Origin: Chiloscyllium plagiosum
Taxonomy: Eukaryota
NCBI RefSeq assembly: GCF_004010195.1
Contig: NC_057720.1
Location: 24,612,746 to 24,676,745, forward strand
DNA length: 64,000 nucleotides
Direction of reading: 5' to 3'
Each line of letters opens with the position of its first letter. Position 1 is the stretch's first letter. This document shows positions 34,536-47,359 of this stretch, in pieces. A program made the position numbers and the translations under genes. The notes under the pieces were generated by a model. That model did no database searches and had not been told where the DNA came from. It saw only the letters and a list, made by a program, of their open reading frames with translations.

Positions 34536-35705
34536 TGTGACGATGCTGCTCCTTTAACAAGGTTATGTTGCTCTTGGTGTTTTCTCAGAGGGGCCGTAAA
34601 GGTTCCAATATGTCTGGAAATAGGCGCTTGAAATTCTTTTAAGTTTTTTTAAACACTTGCACAATGAAAGGAGAGTGGCCAGTTCTCTCAATTCAGGATT
34701 TGGTTTGGTTTGGTTTCACAAACTGTTTGGGTTACAGCTGCTATCAAATTTTAACTGGGAACCCAGAGAAACAGCTGCTGGGAAAATAAACAACTCCATG
34801 CTGATCCTCTCGCTCTTTGACATCTGTCCTGTAAGAACCTATGTTTGATTTTACCTTTTCTTGCCAAGGGGCTGTTAATGGGGATGTTACAAGTATTTGG
34901 AACAGCATCATTAAGTTTCGATAGAGTGGATTAGGTTTTCAGATAGGTTGTTATTCTAAATTCGGTTCTCTTTTGATTAGATTGGATTCCCTACAGAGTG
35001 AAAACAGGCCCTTTGGCCCAACCAGTCCACACTGACCCTCCGAAGAGTAACCCACCCAGACCCATTTCCCTCTGACTAATGCACCTAACACTATGGGCAA
35101 TTTTTTTTTACATTGATTGTTTTCTATGTGCAATGAACTACCAGAGGAAGTGGTGGATGTGGGTACAATTACAATGTTTAAAAGACATTTGGATAAGTAC
35201 ATGACTAGGGATCTGAGCAAAGCGCAGACAGGTGGGACTAGTTTAGTTTGGGATTATGGTCAGCATGGACTGGTTGGTCTGTGACTCAATGGCTGTTGCC
35301 AAGGTAAGTGCTCTTTACATGTCACTCTGAAATTCTGACATTGCCAATTCACCTGACTTGCACATCTATCAACCGTGGGAGGAAACCAGAGCACCAGGAG
35401 GAAACCCATGCAGACATGGGGAGAATGTGCAAACTTCACACAGACAGTCACCCGAGGCTGGAATCGAACCTGGGACCCTGATGCTGTGAGGCAGCAGTGC
35501 TAACCACTGAGCCACCGTGCCACCCCATGGTGTTTTGTTCATATTTCATTCAGTAGTCTGTAAATAAATTCTGTTTTTTAAAAACTGAGTGATTGGGCCA
35601 GCTGCATCATTCTGGAATATCCAGAATAACTGTTTAAAACAACTAGAAAAGTTAGGGTCTGGGCTGTCTTGTTGAAATGTTTTGAGGGGGTCTAGCCTGG
35701 TCCAT
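34536..35705 (+). mobile_element. Probable solo LTR interrupted by a SINE
   Basis: Begins TGTGAC abruptly where the LINE sequence stops; AATAAA near 35563; 3' terminal CA is not clean. Confidence 0.45.
34975..35525 (-). mobile_element. HE1-like V-SINE split by a 245-bp templated insertion
   Basis: SINE tail 34975-35103 and SINE head 35340-35525 with A/B boxes. Confidence 0.9.
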
Positions 35706-36627
35706 TTGAGGGTTCCGCAGAATCTATTCAAAGTTCAGGAGCAGTGGGCAAGATTTGGCTGGTGGGGTAGGGGCAGTCCCAGGTTGGGGAGTTTTTGCAG
35801 GAAGAACCAGTAGCGACGAAGTCAGAGGCAAAGTCAGAAGGTTGGAGTTCAGTAGCCATTCCCCAAGTCCCATCTGTACTCCTGATCACCACAACTTTGG
35901 AAACAGCTCCTACCCTCCCCAAGTGAACCCCCAGCAGACAAACCACTTAATCTTACTCATCATAGAATCACAGACGTGTTACAGTTTAGAAGGTGGTCAT
36001 ACAGCCCATTGAGCCTGCACCGACTTGTTAAATAAGCATCACTACTTTGTGCAAATCTCCTGCTCTCTCCCCATTTCAAAGAGTTGGCAAGGTTCTCATA
36101 TGCAGTGGTTGCATATGGTAGCCCATAGGTGGTTATTAATTCCTTTCCTGCCATCTTCCTTAGCACTTTTAGGAGAGGGAGATTCCACTCATGGATTATC
36201 TCTCCACAAATACTGCCAGGCCTAGAGTATTTCCAGCATTTCCCACATTTATTCCCCTGTAAAAGGTGCTGCTGGCCTCAATGTGGTGTCAGAGAAGCTC
36301 AATTTCCCGTGGTCCGAAACAGGCATGTGATTTTCTGGGCAGCACCGCATTAACATGGCTCCTGTGATCATGTGAACAAACATGAGCAGCACATGTGCTC
36401 TGCTATTGGTGCACCCAGTTTCAGGCACAACTAAATTTCCAGGCAGTTGTTAAAACTTTATGTTCAGGTCGTGTCAGTTTCCATGAAAGTTTTGTCGCTC
36501 TATTCAATTCCAGTTATTAATGGCCAAATGTATCACCGATCTTCTAGTGAAGAGTGGCCATTAGAAGTTTCAAAGTCAGAATTTCAGAGTGACATGTAAA
36601 GAGCACTTACCTTGGCAATAGCCATTG

Positions 36628-36875
36628 AGTCACAGACCCTCCAATCCAACCATTCCTTGCCGACCATAATCCCAAACTAAACTAGTCCCACCTGTCTGCG
36701 CTTTGCTCAGATCCCTAGTCATGTACTTATCCAAATGTCTTTTAAACATTGTAATTGTACCCACATCCACCACTTCCTCTGGTAGTTCATTGCACATAGA
36801 AAACAATCTATGTAAAAAAAAATTGCCCCTCATGTCTTTTTAAAAAATCTTTCTCCTCTCACCTAAAAGTATGCC
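36628..36875 (-). mobile_element. CR1 3' fragment (source of the inverted copy at 35095-35339)
   Basis: RGNFF...NELPEEVV...FKRHLDKYM. Confidence 0.85.
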
Positions 36876-37503
36876 ATCTTGTCTTTCTGTTTGATGGTTC
36901 ACAAAGAGGAACTGCTCAAATATTGCAAATGATTCAAAGTCAGAATTGAAGTGCAACAGGGTATATTCTCACGACAATCTTGAATAGTTCCAATTTCAAT
37001 TTGCTGGTCTCTTTAATCGGTTGGTGCCAGACTTAAGTGAAGAACGTGCATGATGGGTAATCCTCAACTTTATACCAGTGTAATCTTGTACGAGATAAAA
37101 GCAAGCTAAGGAATTAGTAATATGCAGACTCTTTTGTTAGTTTCTCCCTTTTTGAATCCAGTGTTCTATATACCCGTACTCAAAATTGCTTAACTTCATA
37201 TCTATTACTTGTTTTACCCACATACTCTTGGTTTTACTCTGTATTTGCCCACACTGTATTATTGTCCTATTTATTCCTGCATTCTCCTCCCCAGAAATTT
37301 CTTACACCACAGTCCAGTAACACCAACATCAAGCTACTGAACTCCAACCTTCTGCATTTGTCTGAAGGGAACTTCATCCTTCACACATTCCTCCATTACT
37401 TCCCTGTCGACGGATCCCGACATGTTTACGGTGGAGATAATTATCCCTTTCTTGTGTGACCAAAACGTTGAATACTGTAGTTGACGGAGATAAAATCTCT
37501 TAC

Positions 37504-37598
37504 CTGAAAGATATTTAATTTTAAAAAGTCTGGTTTCTTGTTGCTTTTTCCCTCTTCGGAGTGTCTGTCATGTGGGAGTGCCACTGTGCAAAGGTTGC
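37504..37598 (-). other. Candidate non-coding first exon (5' UTR) of the LRR gene
   Basis: Strong donor CAG|gtaaga at 37504/37503 in unique sequence, about 120 nt downstream of a TATA-like box. The ATG exon has its own acceptor, so an upstream exon is needed. The transcription start is estimated. Confidence 0.5.
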
Positions 37599-37620
37599 AG
37601 TCTATGTTAACCTTCTCCAG

Positions 37621-37695
37621 ATTATAAACTGTGTGCAGTTACTGATCTTTGCAGTCTAAGTATTGGCTAATCTTTAACCAAACAAGCAAATCAAA
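37621..37695 (-). promoter_or_regulatory. Candidate core promoter: TATA-like box, HNF4-like, CCAAT, HNF1-like and forkhead-like sites
   Basis: Minus strand: TTTATAAT 37628-37621, TGCAAAGATCA 37653-37643, CCAAT 37666-37662, GGTTAAAGATTAGC 37679-37666, TGATTTGCTTGTTT about 37693-37680. Confidence 0.5.
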
Positions 37696-38424
37696 TGCTT
37701 TTTGTGCTTCTTTTCATTCACTGTTGAGTTGGTGAACTAAAAGAATCTATGGTCTCATACACACAATCAGTTTTGTGTTATTTAACACCTAGTGACTGAA
37801 AGCAATGCTCGTTTTGAAATCTAACCAGGCTGTGAGGACTGTGACTGCTTACATTTGCATAGTTTCCTGGTGAATCGGTGTCACAGGTTCAGAGTTGCTA
37901 TCTTGCCTTACCTGCGAAACTTTACCCATAGGTTTTCTGAATCTCACAATAAAGAGACAACAGTAAACAGCACAGAGAGACAGATCAGGTTTTTCTGGTG
38001 ACAGTATAAATATGGGCGGATTTTACATTCTTTATGAGGAATGCAATTGCCCAACATTTTTCACTATATCATCTACAATGGCATAAAATCATTCTGCCAT
38101 TGCAGAATTAACCTTTAAATTGCCATACTGCTAGTTGTGTGTAGCTTCCTCAAGCCCAAAGTTGGCTCGTATACATTAGAATATTTACCCTTCTGAATTC
38201 ACTAGAAGGACTTTGTTGAATAAACAGAATAGCGACTATTGCATTATGGCACCATTTTTGCAGATTATTTATGGCCTACATTCCTACAAAACAATGCTGT
38301 TGGGAGCACTCAAGCCCCAGGTCTGTCTCCTGCAACATTCTGATCAAGTCGTCATGGCATCATCCCAATGGGAGGCACTTACTGTACTCAATCAAGTATT
38401 AACCCTTTTAGACCCATATAAAAC

Positions 38425-38665
38425 TGTATCAAGTGAAATAACTGCGCAGAGGCCGGTATCCTAACACCAAGTCATCCTTTATTTACATATACACAATACA
38501 GGGCTCTGACCAGCCCACTCAGAGACAGTCTCTGGAGGCTGGAGACTCTCTGAATCTTCTGTTTATATCTGTCAGCCAGTACACCCTGTTTGATCAAGGT
38601 TAACAACCCCAATCAAGGATGCCATAGTCAATGATATCCACTGGACTTAGTTTCAATCACCATAT
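38425..38665 (-). mobile_element. Short solo-LTR-like repeat, homologous to 56208-56437
   Basis: Shared blocks aagtca.cctttatttacat, atctgtcagccag, ttaaca.ccc.aatca, caatcac. Confidence 0.55.
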
Positions 38666-38929
38666 CAAATTATCTTGTTTACAAATGATTAAGCCATTAG
38701 ACACCTTCTTTTACAGGCCTGCAGAGCCTGCATGGAGGTAAGTACTGAAATGGAATTGCTGCTTGGAGAACTTTATCGCCAGCAACCGATTTTGGGAGTA
38801 AGCAACTGAACATGAGCGTAAGGAGCATTGTCATAGTGATCAAATGGATTTGGAATCTGAGACAATAGGGTTCCAGGTAATGTCCTCTCTTAAACATCCC
38901 TTGTATATGGTTGTGTTTGACATAGCTTA

Positions 38930-41900
38930 ATTTTTAGTTGGCAGCAGAAGAAAGAGCAGGAGCTTGGAGCAGGGGCCTGTCGGGAAAGGTTGGTCACTGA
39001 TTTAAAACTTTAAAAGCTTACCTCAAGCGTCAACAATGGCAGCACCTCAGAGAGCAGAGGTTTCTGGGAAAAGAAGGACTTTTTTTTTCCCCGTCCAGCT
39101 ATATAAGTGAGTGTTTTCTAAACCTGAGACTCTACCCTTGTAGGCTCTCCCACCCATCCACCTCCTCTAACCTTAAACACCAGGGACACATCAGGTATGT
39201 TTCTCTTCTTTTTTTTAAACTTTCTGATAAGGGGACTAGCAGGATGGCAGTGCAGGGAGAGGAATGTTCCTCCTGCATGATGTTTGAGGTAAGGGATACC
39301 ATTAATGTCCCATCCAAGTACATCTGCAGGAAGTGCACCCAACTCTCGCTCCTCCAAGTCTGCGTTAGGGAACTAGAGTGGGAGGTGGATGAACTTTGGA
39401 TCATTTGGGAAGCAGAATCTGTGATAGATAAGAGTTACAGGAAGTAATTACTCCTAAGCACGAAGAAAGGTGGGTGACTGTTCAAAGGGGAAAAAACAGT
39501 CAGTGCAGGGATTCCCTGCGGTCGTTCCCCTGAAAAACAAGTTTTGAATACTGTTGGGGGTGGGGGGGGGAGATGACTTCCAGGGGCATACACTGAGGTG
39601 CAGGTTTCTGGCACAGAGTCTGTCCCTATTGTACAGAAGAGAAGGGGGGAAAAGGTCAAGAGTATTAGTCAATGGGAACTCAATAGTGAGAGGGTCAGAT
39701 AGAAGGTTTGTTGGGAACGAAAGAGACTCACGGTTGGTACGTTGCCTTCCAGGTGCCAGAGTCCGTGATGTCTTGGGTCATGTCTTTGGGGTCCTGAAGG
39801 AAGAGGTTGACCAAGTCGTGGTCCACATAAGTACCAACAACATAGGTATAAAGAGGGATAGGGGTGTAAGGCAGGAATTCAGGGAGCTACGGTGGAAGCT
39901 GAGAGCGAGAACAAACAGAGTTGATATCTCTGGATTGTTACCTGTGCCACGTGATAGTAAGGCGAAGAACAGAGAAAGACATCAGCTGAACACGTGGATG
40001 CAGGGATGGTGCAGGAGGGAGGGTTTTAGGTTTGTGGATAATTGGGGCTCATTCTGGGGAAGGTGGTATCTCTACAAACAGGATGGTCTTCACTTGAACC
40101 AGAGGGGTACTAATATCCTGGATGGGAAATTTGCTGGTGCTATCCGGGTGGATTTAAACTAGCTCAGCAGGGGGTGGTGGGATCCTGTGCTGTGGTTCCA
40201 GTACACAGGTGGATGAGAGTAAGGAGGGCATGGACAGGATTCCATGGTCACAGGAATGTGCTGGCCGACAACAAGCTGGTTTGAAGTGTGTCTACTTCAA
40301 CACCAGGAGTATCCAAAATAAGGTCAGTGAGCTTCTCAGCATGGATAGGTACCTGGGACTTCGATGTTGTAGCCATTATTGAGACATGGATAGAGCAAAG
40401 TCAGGATTGGATGTTGAAGGTTCCAGGATTTAGATCTTTCCTTAAGAGCAGGGAAGGTGGTAAAAGAGGAGGTGGTATGGTTTTGTTAGTCAAGGATGGT
40501 ATAACGGTGGCTGAAAGAACATTTGATGAGATGGAATGGGCTGAGGCTAGAAACAGGAGAGGAGAGGTCACACTGCTGGGAGTTTTTTATAGGCCTCTGC
40601 AAAGTTTCAGGGATGTGGAGGAGAGGATCGACAATACGATTCTGGGCAGGAGTGAAAGGAACAGGGTGGTTATTATGAGGGCCTTTAACTTCCCCAACAT
40701 TGACTGGAAATGCTATAACTCTGGTACATCAGATGGATCAGTTTTTGTCCAATGTGTGCAGGAGGGCTTCCTGACACAGTATATCGAAGTGCCAACAACA
40801 GGGAAGGCCACACTGGATCTGGTACTTGGTAATGAGCCAGATCATTTGTTTGATTTAGTGGTAGGTGAGCACTTTGGAGACAGTGACCATAATTCGGTTA
40901 CTTTTAGTTTAGCGATGAAAAGGGATAGGTACATGCCGCAGGGCAAGAGTTATAGATGGGGGAAGGGCAATTATAATACCATTTGGCCAGATTTAGGAGA
41001 CATAGAATGGGGCAGCAAAATGCAGGGGATAGGGACAATCGAAATATGGAGCTGGTTGAAGGAACAGATATTGCATGTCTTTGATAGGTGATTTGGATGA
41101 GAGCATAAGAGGTATAGTTAGTAAGTTTGCAGATGACACCAAAATTGGAGGTGTAGTGAAGAGTGAAGAGGATTATCCCAGATTACAACGGAATCTTGAT
41201 CAGATGGGCCAATGGGCTGAGAAGTGGCAGATGGAGTTTAATTCAGATAAATGTGAGGTGCTGCATTTTGGGAAAGCAAATCTTAGCAGGACTTATACAC
41301 TTAATGGNNNNNNNNNNNNNNNNNNNNNNNNNNNNNNNNNNNNNNNNNNNNNNNNNNNNNNNNNNNNNNNNNNNNNNNNNNNNNNNNNNNNNNNNNNNNN
41401 NNNNNNNNNNNNNNNNNNNNNNNNNNNNNNNNNNNNNNNNNNNNNNNNNNNNNNNNNNNNNNNNNNNNNNNNNNNNNNNNNNNNNNNNNNNNNNNNNNNN
41501 NNNNNNNNNNNNNNNNNNNNNNNNNNNNNNNNNNNNNNNNNNNNNNNNNNNNNNNNNNNNNNNNNNNNNNNNNNNNNNNNNNNNNNNNNNNNNNNNNNNN
41601 NNNNNNNNNNNNNNNNNNNNNNNNNNNNNNNNNNNNNNNNNNNNNNNNNNNNNNNNNNNNNNNNNNNNNNNNNNNNNNNNNNNNNNNNNNNNNNNNNNNN
41701 NNNNNNNNNNNNNNNNNNNNNNNNNNNNNNNNNNNNNNNNNNNNNNNNNNNNNNNNNNNNNNNNNNNNNNNNNNNNNNNNNNNNNNNNNNNNNNNNNNNN
41801 NNNNNNNNNNNNNNNNNNNNNNNNNNNNNNNNNNNNNNNNNNNNNNNNNNNNNNNNNNNNNNNNNNNNNNNNNNNNNNNNNNNNNNNNNNNNNNNNNNNN

Positions 41901-43575
41901 NNNNNNNNNNNNNNNNNNNNNNNNNNNNNNNNNNNNNNNNNNNNNNNNNNNNNNNNNNNNNNNNNNNNNNNNNNNNNNNNNNNNNNNNNTATTCGACTAG
42001 AAAGGATTGAGGTTAATAAGAAGGAGGTGTTATCAATTCTAGAAGGTGTGAAAGTAAATAAGTCCCCTGGGCCAGATGGGATTTTTTCAAGTATTCTCTG
42101 GAAGTAGATGGCAGAGTGTTTGGCCTTGATCTTTGAGTTGTCATTGTCTACAGGTTTAGTACCAGGGGACTGGGAAATGCAAATGTTGTGCCCTTGTTTA
42201 AGAAGGGCAGTAGAGATAACTCAGGTAATTATAAACCAGTGTAGGAAAGATTTTGGAAAGGATTGTGAGAGAGGATTTATAAACATCTGGCAAGGAACCA
42301 TTTTAATGGAAATAGTCAACATGGATTCATCAAGGGCAGGTCGTGTCTCACAAACCTCATTGAGTTTTTTGAGAAGGTGACCAAGCATGTGGATGAGGGT
42401 TGGGTAGTTGACGTGGTATACATGGACTTCAGCAAAGTCTTTGATAAGGTTCCACATGGTAGGCTACTGGAGAAAATATGGAGACATGGGATTGAGGGTG
42501 ATTTAGCAGTTTGGAGTAGAAACAGGCTTTCTGTAAGAAGGCAACGAATGGCAGTTGATGGAAAATATTCAGCCTGAGTCCGGTTACTAGTGGTGTGTTA
42601 CAAGATCTGGTTTGGGACCATTGCTGTTTGTCATTATTATAAACAACTTGGATGCAGGCTTAAGTGGATGGGTTAGTAAGGTTGCAGATGATACTAAAAT
42701 TGGTGGAGTGGTGGACAGTGTGGAAGAATGTTGCAGTTTGCAGGGGGACTTGGATAAACTGTAGAACTGAGCTGAAAAAGTGACAAATGGAGTTCAATGC
42801 AGATAAATGTGAGGTAATTCACTTTGGGAAGAATAACAGGAAGGCAGAGTACTGGGTCAATGGAAAGATTCTTGATAGTGTGGATGTGCAGAGGGATCTT
42901 GGAGTCCATGTACATAGATCCCGAAAGTTGCCATCCAGGTTGATAGTGCTGTTAAGAAGGTATATGGTATGTTAGGTTTTATTGGTAGAGGGATTGAGTT
43001 CCGGAGCCGTAATGTCATGCTGCAACTATACAAAATGCCAGTGCAGCGTCACTTGGAATATTGTGTATACAGTTCTGATCACCCCAATACATAAAGGATG
43101 TGGAAGCATTGGAAAAGGTACAGAGGAGATTTACCAGAATGTTGTCTGGTCTGGAGGGAAGGTCTTATGAAGAAAGGCTGAGGGATTTGGGTCTGTTCTC
43201 ATTGGAGAGAAGAAGGCTAAAAGATGATGTAATAGAGACATACAAGATGATCAGAGGATTAGGTAGGCTAGACAGTGAGAGTCTTTTTCCTAGGATGATG
43301 ACATCTGCTTGTAAGAGGGGACATAGTTGCAAATTGAGGGGTGATAGATTTCGGACAGATGCCAGAGGCAGGTTCTTTACTCAGAGAGTGATAAGGGCAT
43401 GGAATGTAATTAACTCAGCCATATTAAGGGGCATTTAAACAGTCCTTGGATAAGCACATGTATGATGATGGAATAGTGCAGGGTGATGGGCTTAGATTAG
43501 ATCACAGGTTGGCACAACATCGAGTGCCGAAGGGCCTGTTCTGCACTGTATTGTTCTATGTTCTATTTTCTATGT
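38930..43575 (+). mobile_element. Near full-length CR1 LINE (5' UTR, ORF1 zinc finger + esterase, ORF2 EN + RT), disrupted and gapped
   Basis: CSSCMMFE...YICRKC, GNSIVRG, VVVHISTNN, DGLHLN; IIETW, GVFYRP, FNFPNIDW, LDLVL, GDSDHN; YMDFSKVFDKVPH, RFFTQRVIRAWN; (ttcta)n tail. Confidence 0.95.
41308..41989. other. Assembly gap
   Basis: Run of N. Confidence 1.
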
Positions 43576-44419
43576 TCATTTACAATATTGTAGACCTCAT
43601 TTTCATGGTGGGAATGGTGACCAGACCCATGAAGGCCAGTGGGAAACAAGGCTACCTGAGTGATTCTCATCCAGAATTGGAGGAGAAACTTGAAAAGAAG
43701 CTCAGTAGTGACAGTAGATTCCTTGACTATACAGAGTCATAAAGCAAACTTTGATATGCAATATTATGGTAAATAACAAAAATAATCTTAAATTGAATAC
43801 AAGGAAAGACATATTGATTCTTTTGGAGGCTGAGCCATAGTTAAAACAAAGAATTCTCTGACTGCCTTTCATTTAAGTTTGGGGCATGAGGTGTATTAAA
43901 ATCAGGGTTAGAAAGCAGGTATAGACTATGCTTTGCTTCAATGGATGAGAGATCACTGCAGCATGGTATATCATTCTTAATCATCATGTTCCCTTATTGA
44001 ACATGAATGCCTGTGTAGCCTTCTTTATTTAGCAGATGCTGAAGACTCAGTGAGCTCTAAAGCAACCTCCACTCTGGAGCTTCCACCTTTAGGATCTCTG
44101 GAAGACAGTGCAGTTGTTCACTTTTCTTCATAATAGAGGATTAATGGCAGGATAAAAACATAACAACGGTGAAGTTGGCCAGTCATAAAAGCCATTCTAG
44201 ATCCTAGGTTGTTCTTTCAGAATTCAGAGACAGAGGTGGAATCCATGACTCCTGTTGCTTGAGAGACATCAGAACTCCCAGTCATTGTGGATTAAGGTAT
44301 TACTGTTTGCGAAGTCTCTGCTGGTTTTGTTGAGGAGAGCTATCCCCCTGTTGAAGAAATTGAGAAAGCATTAAAGCCATGCATGAAGATCATCCAGTTC
44401 TTTCTGTGCCTCAGAGCTC

Positions 44420-44935
44420 TGTTATCTCTCACTATTGAGATAATATGCTTCTGTTTTTATTCTGCCTGTCAAAATGACAATTTTACATTTTACCACATTG
44501 TACTCCATTTGTCATATCTTTGTCCACTTACTTAACATACCAATATACTTTTTGGAATCTCTTTTTGCCCTATTCACAACTTACTTTACCACCTATCTTT
44601 ATGTCATCAGCAATTGTAGCATCAAATCTTCTACCTCTTCATCTCAGTCATTTATATAAATTGTAAACAATTGAATTTCTACATGAATTATTGTGGCACA
44701 CAACTAGTTAAATCTTGCCACCAGAAAAAAAAATCACACCTACGCTCATGTCTTGTTAGCAACCAATCTTCTATCCACGCCAGTACGTTACCCCTCTGCA
44801 ATGAGCCTTTATTTTCCACAATAATCTTTGAAGGGACACCTTTTCAAAAGCTTTCTGGAAATCTAAGTATTGTACATCCACAGGTATTCCTTCATCCACA
44901 ACATGTGCTCTCTCTTCAATGAATTCTAATATTTT
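44420..44935 (-). mobile_element. Old CR1 RT fragment
   Basis: Reverse complement gives YLDFQKAFEKV and W..I.QMEYNVVKCKIVI-like remnants. Confidence 0.7.
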
Positions 44936-47359
44936 GAATAATGTCACACTGTGGAATGGGTATAGTCAGTTATAAATATAGAAGCATCGATAATCCATTA
45001 ATTAACAGACTACACAGACAGACCCCCAATGAAGCACCGATATGATTCTCATGTTCTCTGTCCTAACTTAGGGACAAGTTATTTCTCAGAGATTTTAATC
45101 AGCTCCCTGCATTCTTTCTGTTTGTTGTCCTTACATGAGGACATTTGTTTTCGCCCTCAATTTTCTTCCATGCAACTCGCTATTGTCACCCACCATTCTG
45201 TTGACTGTGGCCTGACTTATTACAGCCTGCGCACCACCACCCCCCTCCCCCACCCCCCACAGCCGTCGCTAGTTCAGAACCTCCTCATTAGTGGTCATTT
45301 TGTCGACTATATAGTTCTAACCTCCCCATGTGGTTCTGACCAATTGGTAGTTATTATCCCAGTGTTGCACAGTTATGACCTGCAGATACACTGGCCTGAT
45401 ATTCTGACCTCTGCAGTTCTGACTGCACATTTCCTGCATCCATAGTTTAAGTTGGGTCTCAGGTTTAGGTCTCCATGAACTGTTTCTAGTGATTTCCAGG
45501 CTTGCACCCTAACTATGAGTGGACAAATAGAAGTACTTTGCTAACTGGTGCAACCTACCAACCAGTTCTTTAGTGTCTGTGCAACATCCTCTTGCATCAT
45601 CACGTTTTGTGGAGTAGATATTTTTATTCAACCTGTTCAGGTGTGTTATAACACTCTTTGGGAGCAGTTGGGACATGAACCCTGTATTCTGGCTCAGAAA
45701 TAGAGACACCACCACCGCACTATAAGAGTTCCAAGTTTTGTGAAATCCTAAAAAGACTCAGCATGTGTCAGCTGTAAAGGGAATCAAACAGCAGATCGTT
45801 GATTAAGGGGCGAACTCCTTCTCAGATTGCTACAAGACAGCCTTAACCATTCACTAGTATATTTAGACTTTTCTTCTCATAGTTACACCATAGCTCACAC
45901 GCCTGGTTTATACTTTCAGTTCTGATTTTATATGGCTATATAAAAATAAACTATACCTGAACATTGTTTCTCCATCATTTTCCTCATCCTCCCATCAAAA
46001 TATCCTGTTCCCTACTCACTCTGACCTTTCCATTTCCCCTTTCAGTCCTCTTTTTATCAAAAATGTCAATTCTCAAAATATTGACAACGTTCTGGTCCAA
46101 TTAACCTCATATTTGTTATTGTCTGTGAATATATCCACCTAAGATCACCACTGTTGCTCTTACAGCTGCCCTACCTCCTCATTAGTCAGTTAGTCCTAAA
46201 TCATTTCTACAACTTTACAAAGACTAACCAAAGTATATAACCTCATGTGTCTATATAGCTTCATCCATTAACCCCTTCAACACTCATGATCCTTTCCTTT
46301 CCCTGGGATTTGCTGAAATTTCAGGTAACTCTGCTCACTGGTTCATTTCAGTGGAGGGTTATAGGTTTCACATGGTGTCCAATTCTTCACAAAGTACATA
46401 AATGTCAATATCTTTAAGATTGCAAATGTGAAAACCTTTGTAGTGACATACATGTCAAACCTGTCACTCATGTCTATTAATAATTTCAAAGCATTACTCA
46501 TCCCTGAATCATCCAATTGTACTTTGGGGAACTCTTCCTCATCTATACTCTAAAAGGAGCTTATCAGAGACTTCCTGCCTGAAAGCAATCTTAACCAGCA
46601 GCAGCTAACTTCCTGCTCAATGTGCCTCAATAGATTGCAATCCTCCATTTCAATAAAGCCATAGATCTCCCTCAATTGATGCATTTTTCTTGCGGAAATG
46701 CTGAAGTGGGCTAATATCTTGGGAATGGTGTTTTCTCCAACAAGATCAAGATATAAGAACAGCAGTCCAGCCCCTACAGCTGCTAGCTCAGTCGGAAGGT
46801 CAACAGCTTGGCGATCTGAGCAACCCTATTCTTAGAGGTAGCCAGTGTTAGAGGCTGCAGCTTTTAAGATCACCAAATGCAAGGTGGGATCTAAGAATAC
46901 CCAGTCACCCAACAGGCCTCAGGGATTGTGTGGGTGGGTGGTGGTGTGGTGGGGGGGTGGGGCGATGCTGTGGTTGTAGGTGTAGCTATTGTCTCCAATG
47001 AATCCTTCAGTAGGCTATGGAGGGAGCTAAAAGTAAGCCCCGTGTGCCCCATATCCCTCCAACCTGCCCATTAGAGTCCATGTGAGGTCAACCCCTCCCT
47101 TCCCAAAATACCAGCAGTGTTTCTTACAGCCTTTTATTTCCATTTGTGAACATTCTGGAAATCATCACACATGAATTTTCCAGGCAGGCTTTTTATTTTG
47201 TCTTCTAAAAATGGGACGGAAATCCAAACCCATACAAACTTTAGCTACAGATAGCTTTCCTAAAGCTTCAATAACTGATTGCTGAAGGCTAACGTTCAGA
47301 CTCTCAGCTGAGTCTGTTTTTGTGAAAACGAGAGCATTTCCTCATTCTAATCAAGTCAA

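Noticed and set aside
1675..37504. Selective loss of hammerheads on the gene's sense strand
   Set aside because: Minus-strand copies are damaged, but so are several plus-strand ones (10152, 15143). CpG decay and the small sample explain the pattern.
41075..42107. 311 and 314 aa ORFs
   Set aside because: Mostly N gap; flanks are CR1 RT.
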